Part shown: one piece after another, positions 41,914 through 50,650 of the stretch
Layout: every line of letters begins with the position of its first letter
Numbering within the stretch: position 1 is the stretch's first letter
DNA from: Patescibacteria group bacterium
GTDB taxonomy: Bacteria; Patescibacteriota; Microgenomatia; Daviesbacterales; UBA10151
Length of the DNA stretch: 64,000 nt
Direction: 5' to 3'
NCBI GenBank assembly: GCA_943356485.1
Contig: CALRFD010000001.1
Coordinates: 137,716-201,715 of the forward strand
Notes under the pieces: model-generated
What the model was told of the DNA's origin: nothing
The model's input: the letters and a program-made list of their open reading frames with translations, nothing else
Database searches by the model: none
Made by a program: the position numbers and the translations under genes

Positions 41914-42197
41914 AAATTCAGTATGATCCTGATTTTCTCAAAATTCTTAAAAAAGCAGATGTAAGAATCCGTAAGAGTTTAAGAATAAGAATAGAAATAT
42001 TTTTAAAAAATCCCTCTGATCCAAAACTTAATAATCATAGGCTTAAAGATGAATATGCAGGATATCGGAGCATAGATATTACTGCAGATTATCGTGTAAT
42101 TTATGAGGAGATAAATGAAGGCAATGAATCAATTGCCTATTTTTTATTCATTGGTAGGCATGAATTACTTTACGGTCATCTAAAGAAGATTAGTTAG
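41910..42197 (+). CDS. RelE/YafQ-family mRNA interferase toxin
   Basis: NP.DP.L.NH.L...Y.GYRSIDITADYRVIY...IG.H..LY. Confidence 0.88.
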   Translation: MKIQYDPDFLKILKKADVRIRKSLRIRIEIFLKNPSDPKLNNHRLKDEYAGYRSIDITADYRVIYEEINEGNESIAYFLFIGRHELLYGHLKKIS

Positions 42198-42290
42198 GTA
42201 TAAAGTTTGCCATAACTTTTCCTTTTTGGATTCCTTATTGTATATTGGCATAATTATAGATTAATAGTATTATGGTATAAGAATTATACT

Positions 42291-42313
42291 GTTGAAGCTA
42301 AGAAAGCAACTAA
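42291..42313 (+). repeat. 23-bp direct repeat, right copy
   Basis: Identical to 39937-39959. Confidence 0.9.
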
Positions 42314-42355
42314 GGGGAGTTTTTAGTTAGCCAGTGAGCTTAAACACCTTTTTCA

Positions 42356-42952
42356 TCAGTTTGATTGTACCCACCGAAAGTAAGTCTTTTTATCCTGTTG
42401 GTGTTCAATATAACCTTCAGGTTTAAATTGTGCAGTTTCTAGGGTAACAACGCCACTGTAAAGAGTATATTTTGTATTTAATCCCGGATATCCGCCAGAT
42501 TGCCGCATCTCTTCTTTCTTGCTGCCAAGTTGTACTACGTCGTCTGCAATATCTGTAATCCCTAATTCTTCTAAACAAGCCCGCTTGATATTTGCTAAGA
42601 TATTTTCATCTCCTGGTTTTAACTTTTCCGATAAAGATCCGCCTAGATTTCTTTTTCTCTGCCTTCCGTCTGTAAATTCCTGATGATCTTCATAAAGGTG
42701 AAATTCAATACCGCTATGAAGGTCTTGGTACTTAACATCCACAATTACAACTCTAATCTCTCTTAGTAACTGCCCATTTTCCTCTTTAGTAAGTATACTT
42801 TCTCTGTTAAGCAGTTCAGTTGCGAGGTGTCTGATCGTCCTGGCGCTGCCTTTTCCCCATAAAGCTAGATCAATACCCGCAAGAGTTAATTGCTGACGTA
42901 GCGCAAATTCTTTATCAGATAATACTCTTTCAGATACAGATAATTTTTCCAT
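42356..42952 (-). CDS. Hypothetical protein, NUDIX-like
   Basis: SEKLKPGDE...RACLEELGI is a partial NUDIX box. Confidence 0.65.
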   Translation of the reverse strand: MEKLSVSERVLSDKEFALRQQLTLAGIDLALWGKGSARTIRHLATELLNRESILTKEENGQLLREIRVVIVDVKYQDLHSGIEFHLYEDHQEFTDGRQRKRNLGGSLSEKLKPGDENILANIKRACLEELGITDIADDVVQLGSKKEEMRQSGGYPGLNTKYTLYSGVVTLETAQFKPEGYIEHQQDKKTYFRWVQSN

Positions 42953-42953
42953 T

Positions 42954-43811
42954 TTAATCTGATGGGTCTTTTTCCATTAATTTGACCTGCCACAGTTTTG
43001 AATCAGTTTTAGTTTTACTAATAGATAAATAGAATCTTTGACCGGTTTTTGTATATTCAAAAGTAACTATTTGATTATTAATATCGGGTAACTTATCTGA
43101 TAATACCCATTCCTCTGGTTTGTCACTATCTCTTTCAGTCAGGAAAATAGAGATCTTTGGGACTATGTTGCCTTCTGAATCCTTGAAAGTATTAAACCTG
43201 ATGTTGGTAATAGTAGAAGTGTTATCATTGACTTTCCAATTAAGGCCTCTTCCAGCCTCGATTACAAACGGGCTTTGCAGACCGTTTTGTTCTGTATACT
43301 TAAGATTAGGATAGTTTGGTTCGCGAAAAATTCTCCAGCCGGTTGCGGATACAGTCGAGGGCTTTAATCCCAAAGTATGATTTTTCTCAAAATCGATAGC
43401 GGCATTTTTATCTGCCTCTTTTCTTTGCTGCTGACTTACTCTGGAGGCCTCTTCTCTAGCTGCGCTGGCTTCCGGACTGGTATAATCATTTATCCCAAAT
43501 CCGATTGTAGTCCCAAGATAAGCCCCTGCGATAATTGCTGCTAGAACTTTAAGTTTAGCTTTAACGTTTCTTCTGACTATGAGGACTCTGGTTCTTTTTA
43601 ATTCCAGCTCAAACTCTCTTAATCTGGCGAATTGCTCTTGTGTATCCAGAGTGTGTTTTATTGCCTGGTCATAACCTTTTGGATAGCCAGGATCTTGTTT
43701 AATAGCCTGTAATACTCTTCTGGTGGCTTGGATATCTTCTATAGAGACCCTAGCGACAAACGTCTCCTTTTTTTCTAAAAAATTTATTTCTTTTGGTTCT
43801 CTATCAGCCAT
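42954..43811 (-). CDS. Hypothetical single-TM protein
   Basis: 285 aa, one hydrophobic segment; TATAAT 6 nt upstream of the ATG. Confidence 0.75.
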   Translation of the reverse strand: MADREPKEINFLEKKETFVARVSIEDIQATRRVLQAIKQDPGYPKGYDQAIKHTLDTQEQFARLREFELELKRTRVLIVRRNVKAKLKVLAAIIAGAYLGTTIGFGINDYTSPEASAAREEASRVSQQQRKEADKNAAIDFEKNHTLGLKPSTVSATGWRIFREPNYPNLKYTEQNGLQSPFVIEAGRGLNWKVNDNTSTITNIRFNTFKDSEGNIVPKISIFLTERDSDKPEEWVLSDKLPDINNQIVTFEYTKTGQRFYLSISKTKTDSKLWQVKLMEKDPSD

Positions 43812-43865
43812 TGGCGTATTATAAGTATGTAATGAGCTAAAGTCAAACTATGGGGTTATCACAAT

Positions 43866-43894
43866 TTGACTTATTAGTCCCATAAGAATATAAT
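43866..43894 (+). promoter_or_regulatory. Leaderless sigma70 promoter
   Basis: TTGACT-17 nt-TATAAT, 7 nt before ATG 43902. Confidence 0.7.
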
Positions 43895-43901
43895 CCCCTG
43901 C

Positions 43902-45221
43902 ATGGTTGAAGCAAGTAGGGATTATAAACCAATAGATTTACTCGCTACGTTAGGAGAACCCTTTAAAGGAGAACTTAATGACTCCCCTGATGCATTTCAA
44001 ATGGTTGAGGCTGCGAAATGGACGATGAGGAATGTAGCAAGAAGGGTTGTTGGAAGGGAAAGATTAGCCTCGCAAACTTTACTTGCTCTTTTAACCAGAG
44101 AGCACCAGCTAATTTTTTCAAGAACAGGGACAGCTAAGTCTTTATATGCAGAGACTGTTTTCAGTCAATTTACCGCAGAAACTTTTTCAATACAATTCAC
44201 GACTGGAACTACTGAAGAGGCGGTTGTAGGAGCTTATGATTTAAATAAATTTAGGGAGGGCACTATTTGGCACAATACTGAAAAATCTTTAGTTACTGCT
44301 GATTTTGCATTTTTGGATGAATTCATGGATGCAAATGATATGGTACTGCGGTCAATCTTAGGGATTTTAAATGAAAGAAAATTTTCCAAAGGAAAACAAT
44401 TTGAGCAAGCCAGGCTTCATAGCGCTATAGCTACCACCAATTATGTCAGAAGGTCAGAGATGTCAGAGGCAGTACTTGACAGGTTTCTTTTCCAAGCCAG
44501 GATTAACCCTGAAACAAGTCCGTTGGATCAGCTTTTGATTGATAGGGTTTATTCTCTGCAAAACGGGAGAGTTAGTAAACCTGAAAATCCGGTACCGCTA
44601 GACGTTTTAAAGGAGCTGTCAAAGATGGTTAAGGGTGAGGGGGATACTAATATTAGTGCTTCACACTCTCTACTTTTTTTAAAAAATCAACTAATTAAAA
44701 ATTATATCGATATGTTGTTTGACCAAAGACGTGAGCAAAATCAAAATGCGGAAAAACTTTATATTAGCCCGAGGAAATTGGCAAAAGCCAGGGATGTTTT
44801 AAATGCCTCAGCCATACTGCAAGGCAGGTTTGATGCATCCGTGGAAGATCTACCTGCATTAAGGTTTATTTTAACAACTATTTCAGGGAGCGAAGAGGAT
44901 GGTGATTCGGAGGAGGAAATTTTTTATCAGGCTTTAGATTATACGCTGACTTCTTTTAGCCGGGAAGATCTTAATGATGTTGAAAAAATTATGTTTACCT
45001 ATGAATATTATGAGGCTTATAAAGACGGTAAGTTAGTTGAAGCAGTCAAAGCCAATCTTCCTGGTATATTTAGAATAGTGATGAGCCTTTTCGGTATTGT
45101 ATCCTGGCAGGATGTTAATAAGGAAGTATTTTTGCAAACCCTTCAGGCTATGAAAATTAAGAGTCCTGCAGTAGTGCAACTTAGGGATAACCTGAAAGAT
45201 AAGATTATCAAATATGGCTAA
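43902..45221 (+). CDS. MoxR/RavA-like AAA+ ATPase
   Basis: Variant Walker A SRTGTAKS, Walker B FLDE, LNER, AVLDRF, ISPR. Confidence 0.85.
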   Translation: MVEASRDYKPIDLLATLGEPFKGELNDSPDAFQMVEAAKWTMRNVARRVVGRERLASQTLLALLTREHQLIFSRTGTAKSLYAETVFSQFTAETFSIQFTTGTTEEAVVGAYDLNKFREGTIWHNTEKSLVTADFAFLDEFMDANDMVLRSILGILNERKFSKGKQFEQARLHSAIATTNYVRRSEMSEAVLDRFLFQARINPETSPLDQLLIDRVYSLQNGRVSKPENPVPLDVLKELSKMVKGEGDTNISASHSLLFLKNQLIKNYIDMLFDQRREQNQNAEKLYISPRKLAKARDVLNASAILQGRFDASVEDLPALRFILTTISGSEEDGDSEEEIFYQALDYTLTSFSREDLNDVEKIMFTYEYYEAYKDGKLVEAVKANLPGIFRIVMSLFGIVSWQDVNKEVFLQTLQAMKIKSPAVVQLRDNLKDKIIKYG

Positions 45222-46578
45222 AGAGAGAGAAAGTTCAGTCAGAGGAGTAAATGAAAATTTGTCGGATTTTTATAAATCCTGGGGAGCATTTGATATCTTT
45301 GAGAAAACGCTGGATCAGCTACCTCCGGACTGGTTAAAAATCTTAAACATTGCCAGAAATCTACTAGACGGGAAAAGAATTCCTGGAGTCAACCTTCCTT
45401 CAACTGTCATGGCTCTGGTAGAGAAGGATCAGGAAATAGTTTTTGAAAAAAGATATATGACCAGAAAATGGCAGCAAAAATCCATCCTACCAGCCACCAG
45501 CATTGATGTTAAAAATCTGGAAGATTTATCTCAATTGCCTAAAGTATTGCCAGCCCACCTCCTGCTGCAGGGCGAAGCGCCGGAAATCTTTGCTTATCGG
45601 GCTCTGACTCATTCTCTACCAATAGCCGAGATGCAAAAACCAAGAGCAATAACAGAAGAAAAATCAGAAACCTTGATGGAACTTGTACCAAAGGCAAGAG
45701 AAAGAACTTCTATGCGGCAAAGAGTCTATGCTTTAATGGATGTTTCTCTCTCAATGAAATCTAATTACAAATTAATCTTTTCCAAAGCTGTCATGTTGGC
45801 TTATTTGGCAAAAGCCCACGAGGAAGGATCAGAGGTTTATTTCCGAGCTTTTGCCGGCAGTGTCGGGGATCTGGTAGCCTGCATCTCTCCTGAGGATTTT
45901 CCTGCTTTGGCAAAGAGGATCTTAGGATACAGGGTCTATCATGGTACTGATATTAGGTATGCTCTCACAACTGCAGTTGAAGATATTTCTAGGATGGAGA
46001 GATTAACTGACAGTAGAAGAGCTAAAACTGAGGTTTTGCTAATATCAGATGGTGAAAGCTATACCCCTATACCCCTGATGCCTAAAAATATAGCTTTGCA
46101 TACCCTGCATTTAGTCGGAGGAGGCGAGGAGTTTATATTAGATAAAGAGTTAAGGCAAATGAGTAACACTTACACCAGGATAGATACAGGAAATTTAATG
46201 CTGCCAAGTATTTCAGAGGAGGCTTGGTTTATGTTTGAGGAGATTGAGAGGCTGGAAGATCAAACAAAAGGTCTGACAGATTCAGAGATGAAATACGATA
46301 GAAGACTGCAGCAAAGAGTTGAAGCTATAAGAAAGCATACAGAAGCATATAGAAAAATCGATTCCAGCGAGAAAGTTAGGGAAAATGCCGGCAGAGCGCA
46401 AAAACTGCATGATAAAGTTTCCTTAGAAAAAGCAGAGGAAAGATTAAAGAAAAAATTAGAATTAATAAGGTATTTTATAAAAAAACTTATGCAAAAAATT
46501 AAGTCTTTCCGATTGCCTAAATTTGACAGAAAGAAAGTATTAGCCGGGAGTTTATTTGATTTTAGAATAAAGGACTAG
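45214..46578 (+). CDS. VWA-domain protein (ViaA-like partner)
   Basis: MIDAS DVSLS, GTDI and LISDG; overlaps the AAA+ gene. Confidence 0.82.
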   Translation: MAKERESSVRGVNENLSDFYKSWGAFDIFEKTLDQLPPDWLKILNIARNLLDGKRIPGVNLPSTVMALVEKDQEIVFEKRYMTRKWQQKSILPATSIDVKNLEDLSQLPKVLPAHLLLQGEAPEIFAYRALTHSLPIAEMQKPRAITEEKSETLMELVPKARERTSMRQRVYALMDVSLSMKSNYKLIFSKAVMLAYLAKAHEEGSEVYFRAFAGSVGDLVACISPEDFPALAKRILGYRVYHGTDIRYALTTAVEDISRMERLTDSRRAKTEVLLISDGESYTPIPLMPKNIALHTLHLVGGGEEFILDKELRQMSNTYTRIDTGNLMLPSISEEAWFMFEEIERLEDQTKGLTDSEMKYDRRLQQRVEAIRKHTEAYRKIDSSEKVRENAGRAQKLHDKVSLEKAEERLKKKLELIRYFIKKLMQKIKSFRLPKFDRKKVLAGSLFDFRIKD

Positions 46579-47521
46579 GATTACCTATTACCTTAACATT
46601 ATTTGTAGTTTGATTTGCTACTTCTTCCAAAGTTATTCCTTTTAACTCTGCAATCAGCCTTGCAATTTCTAAAACTGCAGATGGTTCGTTTCTCTGCCCC
46701 CGTTTGGATTGGAGAGGTAGGAAGGGGCAATCAGTCTCCAGGCAAATTTTATCCAAAGGCAGAATTTTAACAGCCTCTCTTAAGTATTCATTTTTAGGAT
46801 AGGTTAGAGTTCCTCCAAATGACACTAAAACATTAGACATTTTGAGTATTTGGTGAGTGGTTCTGGTCAAACCACTGTAGCAGTGGAAAATAGCCGGGTA
46901 ATCACCTATTAAATTTAACGTTTCATCCCAGGCTTCGCAGTTTTCTGGATTTTTAGAGCGGTCATCCCGGCAGTGAACTATTAAAGGTAAGTCTAGCTTT
47001 TTAGCCAGATCAATCTGGGCTTGAAAAAGTCTTCTTTGTAGCTCTTTTTCGTGATTGTGAGAAAGTTTACCGGTTCGACTGAGCTCACCGTCGAAGTCCT
47101 GAACTTGTTTCAGGGTGGCAATCTCTGTTTCTCTAAAGTAATAATCCAGCCCGCATTCCCCAACAGCGATAACCTTTTTCGGATTTTCTCTATAAATTTT
47201 TTCCAGTTGAGTAATGTCTTCGTTGACATTTTTGCAACGATCGTCGTATTTTTGTCCAGGTAAGGAATAATTTATAGCCTCATGCGGGTGAATACCGATT
47301 GTTGAATAAACCTTCAATCCTGGAATGTCTGACAGTTTACCGGTTCGACTGAGCTCACCGCCGAAGTCCTGAGCTTGTCGAAGGGCTTTTTTCGATGATT
47401 CAATATCTACCCCAACATTTATAATGGTAGTTACACTGGCATCAAGAGATCGTTTTATAACTTCATCAAAATCCGGTTTAAAACTGTCCCAATATAAATG
47501 GGCATGGGTGTCTATCAGCAT
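46562..47521 (-). CDS. tatD: TatD-family DNase with two in-frame repeat insertions
   Basis: DTHAH, GIHPH, GECGLDY, VHCR, FHCYS, ETDCPFL, RNEP; duplicated peptide (R/K)Q(A/V)QDF(G/D)GELSRTGKL. Confidence 0.95.
   Translation of the reverse strand: MLIDTHAHLYWDSFKPDFDEVIKRSLDASVTTIINVGVDIESSKKALRQAQDFGGELSRTGKLSDIPGLKVYSTIGIHPHEAINYSLPGQKYDDRCKNVNEDITQLEKIYRENPKKVIAVGECGLDYYFRETEIATLKQVQDFDGELSRTGKLSHNHEKELQRRLFQAQIDLAKKLDLPLIVHCRDDRSKNPENCEAWDETLNLIGDYPAIFHCYSGLTRTTHQILKMSNVLVSFGGTLTYPKNEYLREAVKILPLDKICLETDCPFLPLQSKRGQRNEPSAVLEIARLIAELKGITLEEVANQTTNNVKVIGNPSPLF
47064..47115. repeat. 52-bp composite REP-like element in tatD, copy 1
   Basis: agtttaccggttcgactgagctcaccgtcgaagtcctgaacttgtttcaggg; 47/52 identical to 47334-47385. 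Confidence 0.9.
47334..47385. repeat. 52-bp composite REP-like element in tatD, copy 2
   Basis: agtttaccggttcgactgagctcaccgccgaagtcctgagcttgtcgaaggg. Confidence 0.9.
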
Positions 47522-47536
47522 GCATTAATTATACAC

Positions 47537-47554
47537 TTGTAAGAATAAATACAA
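47537..47554. promoter_or_regulatory. Candidate CRP/FNR-family operator (TTGTA-N8-TACAA)
   Basis: Perfect palindromic half-sites upstream of the CRP/FNR gene; a sister site lies at 48297-48314. Confidence 0.5.
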
Positions 47555-47612
47555 TTTTCTTGTAATTATCAATACTATATGTTATATACCATGATGCAAT
47601 TTAATTGAGTTA

Positions 47613-48302
47613 ATGACTAATATGAAACTAGCAGAAAGATTGTTAAAAATTTGGCAGCCAGGCGACTTTAAGCAGATTTTTGAAAAATTTTCCAATAAAA
47701 AGGAATTTATGGTCAAAAAGGGCACGGTTTTATTTAATGAAGGGCAGCCACTGGATAGGATCTTTTTCATAAAATCTGGTTTTGTTAAGTTATACCGTCT
47801 TTCAGAAGAAGGTCGGGAATCGATAATTTATCTATATGGTGCAGGACAGATTCTGGGGATAAGGGCGCTTACTTCTGAGGATGAATGTGCCAGGCATTTT
47901 GCAGAAGCAATAACTGATCTTGAAGTAGTAAGCATCACCCGCGGCGAATACCTTGAAGCTGTAGCAGAAAATCCTGAATATTTATTGGATCTTTTGCATG
48001 TTTTTATAGACAGATTAAATTATACAGAGAAAAAATTGACCGGATTTATTTTGACTGATACTGTGGCCAGAGTTGCCTTTTTCCTGTCAGATTGCGCCAC
48101 CCGTTTTGGGATCAGTAAAAAAGACACGGTGGAGTTGCCGATAGAATTAACCCATCAAAGAATAGCGGAGTTTGTGGGTTCTTTTAGGGAAACTGTCACT
48201 TTAGCAGTTCAAAAATTAGAACAGATGGGCATTATTAACATCAAAAAAAGTAAAGTAGCTATCCTGGATTTAAAAAAACTGCACAAGCTCGCCGGATTGT
48301 AA
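47613..48302 (+). CDS. CRP/FNR-family transcriptional regulator
   Basis: cNMP-binding-like N-domain (LFNEGQ...IKSG.VKLY) and HTH LTHQRIAEFVGSFRETVT. Confidence 0.93.
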   Translation: MTNMKLAERLLKIWQPGDFKQIFEKFSNKKEFMVKKGTVLFNEGQPLDRIFFIKSGFVKLYRLSEEGRESIIYLYGAGQILGIRALTSEDECARHFAEAITDLEVVSITRGEYLEAVAENPEYLLDLLHVFIDRLNYTEKKLTGFILTDTVARVAFFLSDCATRFGISKKDTVELPIELTHQRIAEFVGSFRETVTLAVQKLEQMGIINIKKSKVAILDLKKLHKLAGL

Positions 48303-48314
48303 GAAAGACTACTA
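48297..48314. promoter_or_regulatory. Candidate CRP/FNR-family operator upstream of the fab cluster
   Basis: TTGTA-agaaagac-TACTA, closely matching 47537-47554. Confidence 0.45.
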
Positions 48315-48369
48315 TTAAAAAGTAGTTACTACTACTGAACTAACCCCTTCTTTAAGGTTTAATGGTTTC

Positions 48370-48528
48370 ATGATTACATTTATTTTTGCCAATATTTATC
48401 AAGCGATATCCTTACTTTTACGCCTGTATCCAGGTGAAGATTCCAAGACTTCTTCGACAGAGGAGATTAATCAGTTAAGACAGTACAGGTCTTTTCTAAA
48501 AAAATACGAACAGGAGAATAAAGAATAA
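48370..48528 (+). CDS. Small ORF (52 aa) coupled to fabF, not in the ORF track
   Basis: MITFIFANIYQAISLLLRLYPGEDS...EQENKE*; TAATG overlap with the fabF start. Confidence 0.45.
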   Translation: MITFIFANIYQAISLLLRLYPGEDSKTSSTEEINQLRQYRSFLKKYEQENKE

Positions 48529-49892
48529 TGTCAGTAACTGTTGAAACAATCGGATCAGAAGATTTATACAGAATGAGAAAAAGCCATCGGGTAGTAGTAA
48601 CCGGCATGGGTGCTGTTACTCCTTTAGGGCTTAATGTAGAGGATACCTGGCAAAACCTTATTGCCGGAAAATCAGGTATTCAAAGAATCAGTACCAGTGA
48701 TTGGGAAGGCAAAGTGGATGCAAAAAACAGCGAGGTTGATATTGCCGGTTTGGTTATGGGTTTTGATGCTTCAAAGTATATCCCAAGAAAAGAATTAAAC
48801 AGGATGCACAGATCAGCACAATTTTCTATTGTAGCTGGTCGAGAAGCTCTAATACAGGCTGGTTTATTTGATGCTTCAACAAAAATGGAAAAAGGTGCGA
48901 CTCCTCTTACAGGGGTAAGTCCTGAAGCATTTGGCGCGATTTTAGGAACTGGTATTGGAGGAGGTTCTGAAATAGCGGATATAGAAGATGTTATCCGGGA
49001 TAGAGGTGACTCGCGTGTTAGTCCTTTTGCCATGTTACTGCTTTTACCAGAAAGGGTAAGTACTGTTCCGAGTATGTGGCTTAGCTGTCAAGCTGAAGTA
49101 GGAGAGAAGACTGCTGCTTGTGCTTCCGGTGCGCAAGCAATTGCAGATGCATATAGAGTTTTAGAACGGGGAGAAGCAGATGTGATGTTAGCAGGTGGCA
49201 GTGAGGCAGCGGTTCATCGGGTAGCTCTATCCTCTTTTAATAATATGCATGCTTTAAATAATATAAGTAATGATAACCCAAAAGGAGCCAGTAGCCCTTT
49301 TGATCAAAAAGCCGCTGGCTTTGTGATGGGAGAGGGAGCAGGAGTACTTTGCTTAGAAACCTTAGAGCATGCATTAGGTAGAGGGGCAAATATTTTGGCA
49401 GAATTAGTAGGTTATAGTAATACAGCTGATGCTCATCATGACACAGCTCCCTTGCAGGCAGGGGCAGAGAGAGCTATCAGGAATGCCTTAGCTATGGCAG
49501 AGATTGATCCAAGTCAGGTTGACTATATTAATGCTCATGGTACTTCTACTCCTACTAATGATCCAAACGAACTGAAAGCTTTTAGAGCTGTTTTTGAAGA
49601 TAGCCTAGATGATATTTCAATCAGCTCTACTAAATCAGCCACAGGTCATTTACTGGGAGCAGGCGGAGGGATAGAAGCAGTTTTTTCTATCCAGGCTATC
49701 CTGGAAGGGATAGTGCCGCCAACGCTTAATTTACAAAATCCAATTAAAGAAGGTGAGGGATTAAATCTGGTACCTTTAGCCGCACAAAAAAGAGAAGTTA
49801 ATATAGCTATGTCTGATTCGCTTGGATTTGGCGGACTAAATTCAGTCTTAATTTTCAGAAGATTTCAGAAAAGTTATCAAGAGGTAGTCTAA
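48528..49892 (+). CDS. fabF: Beta-ketoacyl-ACP synthase II
   Basis: VVVTGMG, AACASG (Cys), GEGAG, NAHGTST (His), KSATGHLLGA (His), SLGFGG.N. Confidence 0.93.
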   Translation: MSVTVETIGSEDLYRMRKSHRVVVTGMGAVTPLGLNVEDTWQNLIAGKSGIQRISTSDWEGKVDAKNSEVDIAGLVMGFDASKYIPRKELNRMHRSAQFSIVAGREALIQAGLFDASTKMEKGATPLTGVSPEAFGAILGTGIGGGSEIADIEDVIRDRGDSRVSPFAMLLLLPERVSTVPSMWLSCQAEVGEKTAACASGAQAIADAYRVLERGEADVMLAGGSEAAVHRVALSSFNNMHALNNISNDNPKGASSPFDQKAAGFVMGEGAGVLCLETLEHALGRGANILAELVGYSNTADAHHDTAPLQAGAERAIRNALAMAEIDPSQVDYINAHGTSTPTNDPNELKAFRAVFEDSLDDISISSTKSATGHLLGAGGGIEAVFSIQAILEGIVPPTLNLQNPIKEGEGLNLVPLAAQKREVNIAMSDSLGFGGLNSVLIFRRFQKSYQEVV

Positions 49893-49898
49893 AAAATT

Positions 49899-50648
49899 AT
49901 GCCAACATTGGAATTAGAAGGAAAAGTAGCAATAGTAACAGGTGGAACAAGGAGTATTGGCAGGGCTATAACAGACAAGCTTTTAGAACATGGGGTCAAA
50001 GTTGCCTTTAATTCCCTTAATCCGGATGGTGAAGAGGGGAAACAGTTAGTAGAAGAGCATGGGGAGAATGTGTTGTGGGTTCCGGGAGATATTTCCAGTC
50101 CTGAAACAGGTTCAGATTTGGTTAAGAAAACAATTGATAAGTTTGGCAGGGTTGATATCTTAGTTAATAATGCTGGAATTAACAGGGATACGTTATTAAT
50201 GAGGATGAGTGATGAAAAGTGGGATGAGGTTTTACAAGCTAATCTTTATGGCTCAATGAGGGTGACCAGGGCAGCTCTCCGGCCAATGCTAAGACAAGTT
50301 GAGGGCGGTTCTATTATTTTTATATCATCAGTAGCCGCGCGCGGTAATCCGGGACAAGCAAATTATGCCGCTTCAAAAGGAGGGGTGGAAGCATTTATGA
50401 GGGTTGTGGCTTTGGAGGGAGCAAGCCGTAATGTCAGGGCAAACGCGATAGCTCCTGGTCCGGTAGAAGAAACAGATATGCTGAATAATCTTAAACCGGA
50501 GCAAAGAGAAGCCCTTATAAATATGGTTCCTATGAGAAGAGCCATAAGAAGGGTGGAAGTTGCAAATACTGTTTTGTTTTTAGCCTCTAATCTGTCTTCC
50601 GGGATTACCGGACAGGTTATAAATGTAGATGGGGGGATGATTAGATAA
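49899..50648 (+). CDS. fabG: 3-oxoacyl-ACP reductase
   Basis: TGGTRSIG, NNAGI.RD.LL.RM, GNPGQANYAASK, ITGQ.I.VDGG. Confidence 0.92.
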   Translation: MPTLELEGKVAIVTGGTRSIGRAITDKLLEHGVKVAFNSLNPDGEEGKQLVEEHGENVLWVPGDISSPETGSDLVKKTIDKFGRVDILVNNAGINRDTLLMRMSDEKWDEVLQANLYGSMRVTRAALRPMLRQVEGGSIIFISSVAARGNPGQANYAASKGGVEAFMRVVALEGASRNVRANAIAPGPVEETDMLNNLKPEQREALINMVPMRRAIRRVEVANTVLFLASNLSSGITGQVINVDGGMIR

Positions 50649-50650
50649 AT

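Noticed and set aside
47064-47385. tatD repeats as a CRISPR array
   Set aside because: There are only two copies, 270 bp apart, in frame in a gene, and no cas genes.
48370-48528. Small ORF before fabF as an acyl carrier protein
   Set aside because: It has no DSL phosphopantetheine motif, is too short and has a hydrophobic N-terminus.
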